Positions 53,103 to 62,100 of a DNA stretch of 63,355 nucleotides are shown one piece after another; position 1 is the stretch's first letter, and the number at the start of each line of letters is the position of its first letter. The stretch spans positions 1-63,355 of the forward strand of contig BTUM01000046.1 of assembly GCA_045863235.1 (NCBI GenBank), written 5' to 3'. A program made the position numbers and the translations under genes. This stretch comes from Candidatus Xenobia bacterium (GTDB lineage: Bacteria > Vulcanimicrobiota > Xenobia > Xenobiales > QWHO01). A model generated the notes under the pieces. The model did not search any database and was not told the origin of the DNA. It was given only the letters and a program-made list of their open reading frames with translations.

Positions 53103-54110
53103 TTGCAAGCTGGGCTGAGTTCGGAGGACTCCCTCCCGGGCAAGCGGAATGGCTATCCCATCTTGGCGCGGAGCATGCGAGGCCGAACCGAACTCCCAGA
53201 GCGCCAGCTCAACCAGCTCACCCGAGATGAGCTGAAGAAGGCTGGCCGTGCCGACTTTTGGCGGGAGCTCAGCCCGGACAGCCGCCTGAGCGACGAGCCC
53301 TTCGCCGAACTCGGTGAGCTCTATCAGGTCTCGACGCAGGAGGTCAAAAGACTCCGAGCGCAGCTTCTCAGCGAAGGGTATTTCCAGTCCACCCCGCTGA
53401 TCCCGAAGGAAGAAACCGAAAAGCTCGCCTCCATGGTATCCACGGTCGTCGCTCGCGGTTTCCCTCCGCTCTTCTCCATGGTTTACGATGACTTCTGGCG
53501 TTTGATCGCCCGACTCGAATACCTCATCGTTCCCCTGGTGGGCTCCGAATTCAAGATCGTCCCGGACTTCTGGGTCTGGCGAGTGGATGGCTCCAGTGGG
53601 AAGGGGGGCTGGGTCGCGCACCGCGACCACGAGTGCGATCACCCCTTTGATGAGCAAGGACGCCCCAATCTCGTAACGGCCTGGATCGCCCTGACCGAAG
53701 CAACCCTGGAAAACGCTTGCATGTACGTCCTACCCACCTGCCACGACGAATATCTTCCCGACCAGGTCGCCAACTACAGCGTCCCACCCGGGGCCGAGCA
53801 CCACATCCGTGCCCTGCCCGCGCAGCCAGGTTCCGTGCTGGGCTGGAACCAGCACCTGCTGCACTGGGGCTCGGCCTATCGCTCAGGCCCTCCCCGGGTG
53901 AGCCTGGGAATCTACCTCCAACGCGCCAACGCCGGACCGGCCCTGACGGCTGCGCCCGCCTTCCGCCCCAAGGGCAGGCTGGGGTTTGACGAGAGGCTGG
54001 GCATGGTGGGGAGAATGCTGGTCAAGTACAGGCACTATGGTTTCTCCCAGGAGCTGGAAAGCTTCAGCCGTCAGGCCTGGGGGTTCTGGCAGGCTCTGAG
54101 GCTTCGCTGA
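53103..54110 (+). CDS. Fe(II)/2-oxoglutarate dioxygenase, PhyH family
   Basis: WVAHRD (HxD), TAWIALTEATLENACMYVLP, LLHWGS and PRVSL. Start uncertain (alternative ATG 53175). Confidence 0.82.
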   Translation: MQAGLSSEDSLPGKRNGYPILARSMRGRTELPERQLNQLTRDELKKAGRADFWRELSPDSRLSDEPFAELGELYQVSTQEVKRLRAQLLSEGYFQSTPLIPKEETEKLASMVSTVVARGFPPLFSMVYDDFWRLIARLEYLIVPLVGSEFKIVPDFWVWRVDGSSGKGGWVAHRDHECDHPFDEQGRPNLVTAWIALTEATLENACMYVLPTCHDEYLPDQVANYSVPPGAEHHIRALPAQPGSVLGWNQHLLHWGSAYRSGPPRVSLGIYLQRANAGPALTAAPAFRPKGRLGFDERLGMVGRMLVKYRHYGFSQELESFSRQAWGFWQALRLR

Positions 54111-54205
54111 GGTGTCTGTGGTCCCGCAAAGCGGGGAAACTGGCACCGCCAGACCGTTCCGGCAGGCAGCAGGAGGTCAGCGGCGCTAGCGAAGGGGTTG
54201 ATCCT

Positions 54206-55687
54206 GTGGAGCCTCAGACGCCGGCCGGCCTGGCCACCCGACTGACCGATTGGCTATGCGACCGGGTGCTGACGACGGGGCGCGTGACCGACTCGGTGCA
54301 CCACGAGCACGGCACCTACGCCGAGGGCTTCGCCACCCTGGCCCTGGCCCTTCAACCCGGTGACCCGGCAAGGGAACGAGCCCTGCGCCTGACGCTCCGA
54401 CACAGCCTGGCTCGCCCCCGCGACTCAGAGTTCGATCAGCTCGCCCTCCTCTTGCTCTGCCTGCGTCGACCGGGCGAGTACCTGCAACCCTCGGACATCC
54501 GGGTCTACGACGGCCGGCGCGTGGTCTCGCGCAACTGGATCGCCATGCGGGCGCTGAACTTCTCGCTCCGGGCCCGATTGACGAGCAACCGGGCCGACGC
54601 GGCGCGGGCGGAGCAGCTGTGGAAGAAGGTCCTCGCCTGGCAAACCCCGGAGGGGCTATTTCTGGACTCACCGGTCGGCGAGGTCGCACCGGTCACGTAT
54701 CACGCCAAGTTCTGCGCCATGCTGGCGCTGGAGGCCCGGGAGCTCGGGCAGCCTTCGGCTGAGCGCGCCTCGGCTCTCGAGCGAGGGCTCGGGGCCCTGG
54801 AGGCGCTGGTCAGCCCCTCCGGGGTGCTGGTGCCCTACGGCCGCTCCCGGGGCGCCCTGTTCGGCTACGCGGCGGCGGCCCTGGCCCTGCTCCTGGCCGG
54901 CAGTCCTTCCCAGCGCCAGGCCGGCTGGCGGGTGGTGGCGCGCATGGGCGAGTTCCTCCAGAGCGACGGGCATATCCCCTGCGTTCTCAATCAGGGCGAA
55001 GCCGAGCGCCTCGACTGGGACGTCTACGTCAACAACCCGGACTACAACGCCTACGCGGCCGCCCTGCTCGCCTGGCTGGGGGAGGTGCGGCCGGAGCCGA
55101 CCGAGCCGTCTGCTGGCGTTCCGGTGCGGCAGCTGGGGCCACTTTGCATCCTGCAATCCGAGACCGCCTACGTGGCGGTGGTGACCCGCGGCCAGAGCGC
55201 TCCCTGGAATACGCCGTTCTTTTGTGACTTCCGCACTTACGGGATGCAGCCCCTGTGGTGGGAGGAGAACGGGAAGTGCCTGTTGTCCCCCGTCCCCTAC
55301 CGCTGGCAAGGAGAGTCGAAGATGGGGCCTGTGGTGAGCCCGGTGGACCATGGCTGGCTACCCTGGCTCCGGCGAGGCAAGCAGGTGTTTCTCCCTCGAG
55401 TGTATTCCGAGATACAGGTTACGGATGAGGGCCAGGGCGTCGTAAGGATCGAGGGGCGGGGGAGCCTGACCGCCTACACCCGCATCCCTCGCTGGATGCG
55501 AGGGCTCTTTGCCCTGCTGATGTTGCCGATTCCACAATTCTGGGTGAGGACTCTTCCCGTGGAGGTGGTTCGCGTTCTGCGCTTGGACCTCGAGCAACAG
55601 GCGATCGAGCTCGAGACGAGCTACTCTCCCGAGCCCGATGACGAGGGCGACCCGTGCGCGGGGAGGGTCTGCTTCAGCACCTCTTGA
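54206..55687 (+). CDS. Hypothetical protein, possibly an alpha/alpha-toroid glycan-active enzyme
   Basis: 493-aa ORF with coding-like GC3. Helical N-terminal part with SRNWIAMRA, TYHAKF, VPYGRS and DYNAY; beta-rich C-terminal part. Confidence 0.6.
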   Translation: MEPQTPAGLATRLTDWLCDRVLTTGRVTDSVHHEHGTYAEGFATLALALQPGDPARERALRLTLRHSLARPRDSEFDQLALLLLCLRRPGEYLQPSDIRVYDGRRVVSRNWIAMRALNFSLRARLTSNRADAARAEQLWKKVLAWQTPEGLFLDSPVGEVAPVTYHAKFCAMLALEARELGQPSAERASALERGLGALEALVSPSGVLVPYGRSRGALFGYAAAALALLLAGSPSQRQAGWRVVARMGEFLQSDGHIPCVLNQGEAERLDWDVYVNNPDYNAYAAALLAWLGEVRPEPTEPSAGVPVRQLGPLCILQSETAYVAVVTRGQSAPWNTPFFCDFRTYGMQPLWWEENGKCLLSPVPYRWQGESKMGPVVSPVDHGWLPWLRRGKQVFLPRVYSEIQVTDEGQGVVRIEGRGSLTAYTRIPRWMRGLFALLMLPIPQFWVRTLPVEVVRVLRLDLEQQAIELETSYSPEPDDEGDPCAGRVCFSTS

Positions 55688-55819
55688 CTCCGTGGCAATG
55701 GATTCCCAGGCAAGGTGCGGCGGAGTCGGGTGCACCCGATCGACCAGGTGAAGTGCGCCACACGAGCAGGGGACTTCACCATCCAGTTGCGAACGTTCTC
55801 ACCTGATATGATTCTCGCC

Positions 55820-56722
55820 TTGCACATCCCGGACGGCTTTCTGTCCGTACCTGTCGACGCGGTGGGCTGGTTGCTGGCCATCCTGGCCATCGGCCTGGCG
55901 CTGCGAGCCACGGGGAGCGAGCTGGGCGAGCGCCAGGCCCCCTGGCTGGGCATCCTGGCAGCCTTCATCTTTGCGGCTCAAGCCATCAACTTCCCGGTGG
56001 CGGCGGGCACCAGCGGGCACCTGCTGGGGGGCGCGCTGGCGGCCATCGTGGCCGGGCCGGCGGCGGCCATCCTGGTGATGACCTGCGTGATCGCGCTGCA
56101 GGCGCTGCTCTTTCAAGACGGCGGGCTGCTCGTGATGGGCTGGAACATCGTCAACATGGGCGTCCTGACCGCGCTGGTGGGGTCGACCGTCTACCGCCTT
56201 GCTCCTTCTGGGCCCACGCTGAAGCTGGCGGCCGCCTTCCTGGCTGCCTGGCTCTCCGTGGTCGTCAGCTCGATGGCCTGTGCTCTCGAGCTGGCGGCCT
56301 CGGGCACGAGTCCCCTCCAGGTGGGCCTTCCGGCCATGGCGGGGGTGCACTCGGTGATCGGGCTGGGCGAAGCGCTGATCACGGTGTTCTTCCTGGCCTA
56401 CGTGATGAAGGTGCGGCCCGACGCCCTGGCCGAGCAGAAGGGCCCGGCGCCGGTCTTCCTGGCCGGGCTCTCGGTGGCGCTGCTGGTAGCGCTGTGCGCC
56501 CCCCTGGCCTCGAGCAGCCCCGATGGGCTGGAGGCAGTGGCCGAGCGCCAGGGGTTTCTCCAGGCCGCTCAAGAGCCACCCTTCCGCCTGCTGAGCGACT
56601 ACACGGTGCCCGGGGTCAGCCACGAGGTTGCCACCACGCTGGTAGCGGTGGCTCTGGGCACGGTGCTGGTGGGCCTGATGGGCCTGGCCCTGGGCCGCAC
56701 GCTAGCCCGCCGGCATGCTTAG
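55820..56722 (+). CDS. cbiM: ECF cobalt/nickel transporter S component CbiM/NikM fused to a PDGLE (NikN-like) domain
   Basis: (M)HIPDGFL, AAFIFAAQAINFPV..GTSGHLLG, QALLFQDGG, GLGEALIT and ASSSPDGLE. A TTG 55820 start gives the canonical MH N-terminus. Confidence 0.92.
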   Translation: MHIPDGFLSVPVDAVGWLLAILAIGLALRATGSELGERQAPWLGILAAFIFAAQAINFPVAAGTSGHLLGGALAAIVAGPAAAILVMTCVIALQALLFQDGGLLVMGWNIVNMGVLTALVGSTVYRLAPSGPTLKLAAAFLAAWLSVVVSSMACALELAASGTSPLQVGLPAMAGVHSVIGLGEALITVFFLAYVMKVRPDALAEQKGPAPVFLAGLSVALLVALCAPLASSSPDGLEAVAERQGFLQAAQEPPFRLLSDYTVPGVSHEVATTLVAVALGTVLVGLMGLALGRTLARRHA

Positions 56723-57368
56723 GCTGCTGGTCGTCCTGAGCTACCTGGTGGCCGTGGCGCTGGCCCACAACGCCCGCGAGCTGGGCCTTCTGGCCCTGCT
56801 GGGGCTGCCGTTCTTGAGAGCCTGGCGGCCGAAAAAGGCGCTCCTGGCCCTCCCCTTCGTGCTGATGGCCCTGCCGCTTTGCTTCCTGACCCCCGGTCCG
56901 GTCTGGCAGGCCGGCATCACCTACCCGGGACTGCACCGGTTTGCGCTGCTTCTGGCCCGCGGAGCCCTCTCCCTGACGGCTCTCTTGTGGCTCACCGCCC
57001 GCCCCTTCCCCGAGCTGCTCCAGGCCCTGCGGCAGATCGGCTGCCCCCGCGTGCTGGTGAGCCTGACCGGTCTGGTCTACCGCTACCTGTTCGTCATCTC
57101 GGACGAGGCGCAGCGCCTGATGCGAGCGCGAACCTCGCGCGCTTGCGGCTCCCCGGGCCTGCTCTACCAGGCGAGCACGGCCGGCTCGATGGTAGGCAAC
57201 CTGTTCCTGCGCTCGCTCGAGCGCAGTGAGCGGCTCTACGCGGCCATGCAGAGCCGGGGCTACGAGGGCGCTTTCCCGGCTCCCCCGCCAACCCCCGTCA
57301 AGCCGGCCCACCTGCTCGGATTGCTCGCCTGGGTCCTCCTGCTGACCGGGAGCCTCCACCTTGCTTGA
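56715..57368 (+). CDS. cbiQ: ECF transmembrane T component
   Basis: YRYLFVISDEAQRLMRARTSR and LFLRSLERSERLYAAMQSRGY. N-terminus appears short. Confidence 0.9.
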   Translation: MLRLLVVLSYLVAVALAHNARELGLLALLGLPFLRAWRPKKALLALPFVLMALPLCFLTPGPVWQAGITYPGLHRFALLLARGALSLTALLWLTARPFPELLQALRQIGCPRVLVSLTGLVYRYLFVISDEAQRLMRARTSRACGSPGLLYQASTAGSMVGNLFLRSLERSERLYAAMQSRGYEGAFPAPPPTPVKPAHLLGLLAWVLLLTGSLHLA

Positions 57369-58089
57369 GGTCGAGGAGCTGCGCTTTGCCTACCCCGATG
57401 GCCGCGAAGCGCTGCGGGGGGTGAGCTTTCGCCTGCAAGCTGGCGAGAAGGTGGCCCTGGTAGGCCCCAACGGGGCGGGCAAGTCCACCCTGCTCCTGCA
57501 GCTCAACGGGGTGCTGCGCTCGAACGCCGGGCAGGTGCGGGTGGACGGGCTGGTGCTCTCGCCCGGCACGGCCCCCCAGCTGCGGGCCCGCCTGGGGCTG
57601 GTCTTTCAGGACCCCGACGACCAGCTCTTCTGCCCCACGGTCCGCGAGGACGTGGCCTTCGGCCCTCGCTGCCAGGGGCTGACCGCCAGCGAAGTAGAGC
57701 ACCGCGTGCAGGAGGCCCTGCAGGCCGTGGGGATGGCCGCCTTGATCGATCGCTCCTCGCCCCACCTGAGCCAGGGCGAGAAGAAGCGCATCGCGGTGGC
57801 CACGGTGCTGGCCATGCGCCCCCCCATCCTGGTGCTCGACGAACCCACCGCCGGCCTCGACCCCCGCGCCCGCCGGGAGCTGATCCGCCTGCTGGCGGGG
57901 CTACCCCAGACGATGCTGGTCTCCACGCACGATCTCGCCATGGTGGCCGAGCTGTTTCCCCGCGCACTTTTGCTCGACGAGGGGCAACTGGTGACGGACC
58001 GACCCACCAGCGAGCTGCTGGCCGATGCAGGCCTGCTCGAGGCCCACGGCCTGGAGCTGCCGTGCGCCTGTTACTCGCGGCCTGCTTAA
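57361..58089 (+). CDS. cbiO: ECF ATPase component
   Basis: GPNGAGKST, VFQDPDDQLF, DVAFGP, LSQGEKKR, LDEPTAGLDP and STHD. Confidence 0.93.
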   Translation: MLEVEELRFAYPDGREALRGVSFRLQAGEKVALVGPNGAGKSTLLLQLNGVLRSNAGQVRVDGLVLSPGTAPQLRARLGLVFQDPDDQLFCPTVREDVAFGPRCQGLTASEVEHRVQEALQAVGMAALIDRSSPHLSQGEKKRIAVATVLAMRPPILVLDEPTAGLDPRARRELIRLLAGLPQTMLVSTHDLAMVAELFPRALLLDEGQLVTDRPTSELLADAGLLEAHGLELPCACYSRPA

Positions 58090-59015
58090 GCGAGCAAGCC
58101 CTTCAGCTCGGCCAGGCTGACGTGGCGGCCGAGCGCGAGAACAATAGCACTCAGTTGCTCTTCTTCGTGGACACGCTTGAGCTCTTCCAGCAAGCTACTG
58201 GCGTCGGCCGGGAATCGGTCCTGAATCTGAAGCTCGACGGCTCTCCGCAGACCCTCCTGGCGGCCCTCCTGGCGTCCTTCCTGGCGGCCACGGGCCAGGC
58301 CCTCGCGTTCCCAACTGGTGGTGTATTGCATCACCAACTCGCGCTCCTTCCGGCTCATCTGAGCAATTTCGGCATCAAACCTGCGTTTCTCCTCCAGTCC
58401 TGTCAGTGGCAGGTAGCTGTCCACGAACTGGAAGAGAAAACCCAGTCGAGTTGGCTCCAGCCCGAGACCGACCAGCATCTTGAAGGAAGCGGCCTTGACC
58501 TCGGCTCTTTCGTCCCGGGCCCGCCCCATGAAAGGCAACAGGCAGGCTCCAACCGGATTGGGCCTCTGGAGATACTCCCTCCATCTCAGAGCACTCAACT
58601 CGATGACCTGGAAGTGAAAGACCAGGGGCTGGAAGTCAGGGAACTCGACCACGAAACGGTCGGACTGAAGCCTGCTACGACGTCGGTAGGAGAGCACAGC
58701 CATCGGATAAACATCCAGTCCGTGACGCTCGAGCAGGCGGGCATAATAGAAGAACATCCGACGCTCGAAGTCCTTGCGGTACTGAGCCTCGTGCTCGAGG
58801 TGCACCAGAAAGATGCGGTCGCTGCCCGCCACGCTCAAGCTGGCCAGCAAGTCAGCCTCGCCCCGCTGCCCATCGGGCAGGTCGGCGAAGACCTCCTTGT
58901 CCATGAACACCAGTGAGTCCGGCTCTGCAAAGGCCCTGACCTTGGGCGCGAAGATCTCCAGAAACTCAAGAAAATAGGCAGACAGAAGGTGTTTGAAACC
59001 CTGATCGTGATTCAC
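58086..59015 (-). CDS. Rpn-family / putative transposase PD-(D/E)XK nuclease
   Basis: HDQGFKHLL, EADLL, FLVHLEHEA, RMFFYY, and C-terminal TSWEREG + EGRQEGRQEG repeats. Confidence 0.85.
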   Translation of the reverse strand: MNHDQGFKHLLSAYFLEFLEIFAPKVRAFAEPDSLVFMDKEVFADLPDGQRGEADLLASLSVAGSDRIFLVHLEHEAQYRKDFERRMFFYYARLLERHGLDVYPMAVLSYRRRSRLQSDRFVVEFPDFQPLVFHFQVIELSALRWREYLQRPNPVGACLLPFMGRARDERAEVKAASFKMLVGLGLEPTRLGFLFQFVDSYLPLTGLEEKRRFDAEIAQMSRKERELVMQYTTSWEREGLARGRQEGRQEGRQEGLRRAVELQIQDRFPADASSLLEELKRVHEEEQLSAIVLALGRHVSLAELKGLLA

Positions 59016-59119
59016 GGGGATTGCCCCCCGACGGGACGAGGCTCGAACGGCTCGTCCGGTTGAAATGAACGGAGACTACTTCCGTACTGCCCCTCTTGGC
59101 GACGGAGGCTGAGAATCCT

Positions 59120-62100
59120 TCAAGCCGAGATCTCCTTCTTTCTGACCACCACGCCCCCCACCAGCACGCGCTCCCCCTCCTCCACCACTCCCGTGGGGGC
59201 GGGCCTGGCGACCAGGGTGACCACGCTCAGGTAAGTCTCCAGCAACTTCTCCAGCGTCTCGCGCTCTTTGGGCTTGCGGCTCCAGTGCTCGTCGTAGTGC
59301 TTGAGCACGTTCTTGGCGAACTTGCGCGCCGCCTCGGCGTCGCCCAGCTCGGGCTGCTCCACGGCCCCGCGCCAGAGAGCGTAGCGAGCCCCCTCGCTCT
59401 GCACCTGGCCGCGCAGGGATTGAGTCAAGCGAGCAAGGTCCGTGCCCTGGGCGGCCAGGGTCCTGTCCTGCAGGGCCTGATCGCCGGGAGGGCAGATGGC
59501 CAGAGCCAGCCAGCGCTCCAACTCCGCTCCCCGCAACTCGGGACAGGTCAACACCGAGCGCGCCGCCCGCACCTTGTCGGCCGGCTGCCAGGCGCGCGCC
59601 AGGCGCGCGGCCTCGCCAGGCAGGTCCTGGAGGGCCTGCTCGGCCAGGATCTGGGCGTCGCGCTGGCGCTGGTCGGCCTGCCAGTTCGAGCTCAGGCTGG
59701 TGATGGCGTCCAGGCTCCGGGCGTAGAACTCAGGCAGGCTCTGCTGTTTCATCCCCTGCTTGTAGAGCGCGGTCTTGCTGGCGCTGGCCTGGCAGCTTCC
59801 GATCAGCTTCATGGCCAGCTGAGCGTTGGGAGCGCCCTTCTCGGCCAGCAGCCGGGTCTGCAGGGCGAAGTCGTGGTCGCTGCAGAGCTTCTCGCCCAGA
59901 GCCAGCGGGTCGGCCTGGGGGTTCTTCAGCACGGCCTGGATGCGCCGGGTCTCGTCGGAGTAGTTCCAGCGGTCCAGAGCCTCCAGCACCCGGTTGCCGG
60001 CCAGCAGCGGACGGGCCCGCCCGGCCAGAGCCAGGGCGTCGGTTTGCTTCTGGTCCGACTGATACGAGCTGCTACTCTCCTGCAGGTGGTCGATCAGGCT
60101 GGCATAGAGCTCGAGCGGCTTTCCAGCCAGCTCGGGACGTTTGGTGGCCATCTCCCAGATCTTCTCGCGGGCGATGTGCGACTTGACCAGCCTGCCCAGC
60201 TCGAGGGCCAGAGCGGCGGCCTGGCCCTCCCGACCCCCGGCGGCCACCTGCTCTTCCAGCAGGGCGGTGGTCATGGCAGTGTTGTAGTGGCTGCAAAGCG
60301 AGACTCCCACGGCGTGCACCTCGGCGGCGGTGCGGGCGCGCGGGTTGTCCAGGGTCTTGCGGATACGGCCCACCTCGTCCAGACCGGAGGGCCAACGATC
60401 CAGGGCCGCCAGCACGGGATTGCCGGCAAGCAAGGGACGCATCCTGCCGGCCAGCAGCTCGTGATCTTTCTGGATCTGCTCACGCTGGTAGTCGCTCTCT
60501 TGCTCGCTCGCATTGAGCAGCCAGCTGTAGGCCTGGAGCGGGTCCTTGACCAGGGCGGCCTGGCGGGTCGCCAGCTCGAAGGCCTTCTCGCGCACGCGCC
60601 GAGACTTGAGCTGGGGCATCAGCTCGAGGGCGAGTCGGGCGGCCTCGGCCCGCTCTGCGCCAAAGGCTTCCTGGTCCTTCAGGATCGCCTCGCACATGGC
60701 GCTGTTGTAAGTGCTGGTCAACTGGATGCCCACCTGGTGCACCTCTTCAGGAGTGCTCACCCGGAGATTCTCCAGCACGTGCGCCATTTTGCCCGCTTCG
60801 TCGTAGCCCAGCGGCCAGCGATCCAGGGCCTGCAGCAGGGGGTGCGACTGCAAGTGGGGACGCAAGCGCGCGGCCACCAGGTTCTGGTCGGCCTGCTGCG
60901 CCTCGCGTTGATACTCGCTGCTATTGCCGCGCAGGTCGTCGAGGATGGCCGGATAGAGCTTCATCGGGTCAACCACGGCTGTGGTGGCGAGCTTCCAGAG
61001 CTTTTCCTTGGCCCGGCGGGACTTGAGCTGGGGCAAGAGCTCCCGGGCGGTGCGGGCGGCCTGTGCCTGGTCGCCGCCGAAAGCCTCCTGCTCCTGCAGC
61101 AGCTTCATGCACTGGTCCATCTGGTAGAGGGAGACCCTGGAGACCCCGAAGCGGTGGATGTCCTTCGCGTCGGTCAGATTGCGGTTGTCCACGGCCAGCT
61201 GGATCAAGGCCGGCTCGTCCAGGCCGAGCTGCCAGCGGTCCAGAGCCTGCAGCACGGGGGTGCTCGCCAGCATCGGGCGCAGCTTGCCGGCCAGCAACTG
61301 GGCGTCCTGGTCGGCCCGGCTGCGATCCACGTCGCGCAGCAGGGTGGCGTAGACCTGCTCACGATCCTGAGCTTGCGCCGTGCTGCGCGTGCAAAGCTCC
61401 CACAGCTTCTGGCGGGTGGTGGAGGACTTCAGCTCGCCCATCAGCTCCAGGCCGATCTCGGCCGCCCGCGCCTGCTCGGGCCCGAGCGCCTTCTGCTCTT
61501 GCAGCAAGAGCTGGCAGAACGTCTGGTTGTAGGCGCTGCACTGCGAGACACCCAGGCGATGCAGCTCGGCGGGGGTCTTCAGGCCCTCGTTCTCGACCGC
61601 GAGCTTGACGGCCAACAGGGCCTCGTGGTGTCCCCAGCGGTTGATGGCCGCCATGACGGGGAGACCGGCCAGATCCTGGCGGGCCTGCTCGGCGATCAAA
61701 CTGGCGTCCTTCTGGTCGCGCAGGTTCTCGAGCAGGGGGCGGTAGAGCCGGACTCCGTGGGCTGATCCCATTCCGGCTTCCAGGACACGCCTTCTGGCGT
61801 CGTAGCTCTGGAGCCGGGGGTAGAGGGTGGCCGCCATCCGCGCCGCCGGAATGCCGCGCTCGGCGCGGGACTCGAGCAGGCGAGCCTCGCGCTTGTTGTC
61901 CCCCCGGCAAAGCTCCAGGCCCAGCTGGTCGAGCTCTTTCTCGCTCAGGCGGGGATTGACCAGCAGCTTTCGGGTCGCCTGAGCCAGGTCAGCTGGCTGC
62001 CAGTGCTCCAGGGCTCGGGCCGCCGGGCGCGTCTCGGGGTCTTGCTGCAGGGCGCGCAGTACCTCGAGCGCCACCTGGTTGCTGGGGGTCTTCTCGAGCA

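Noticed and set aside
53027..53230. Second lasso precursor
   Set aside because: No YxxPxL/T(-2) leader or suitable acceptor spacing, and it overlaps the PhyH ORF.
55724..55733. 10-nt match (AGTCGGGTGC) to the terminal repeat unit
   Set aside because: Too short in GC-rich DNA to imply a relationship.
59096..61765. 889-aa plus-strand ORF
   Set aside because: Antisense shadow of the large minus-strand repeat protein, typical of high-GC DNA; no motifs.
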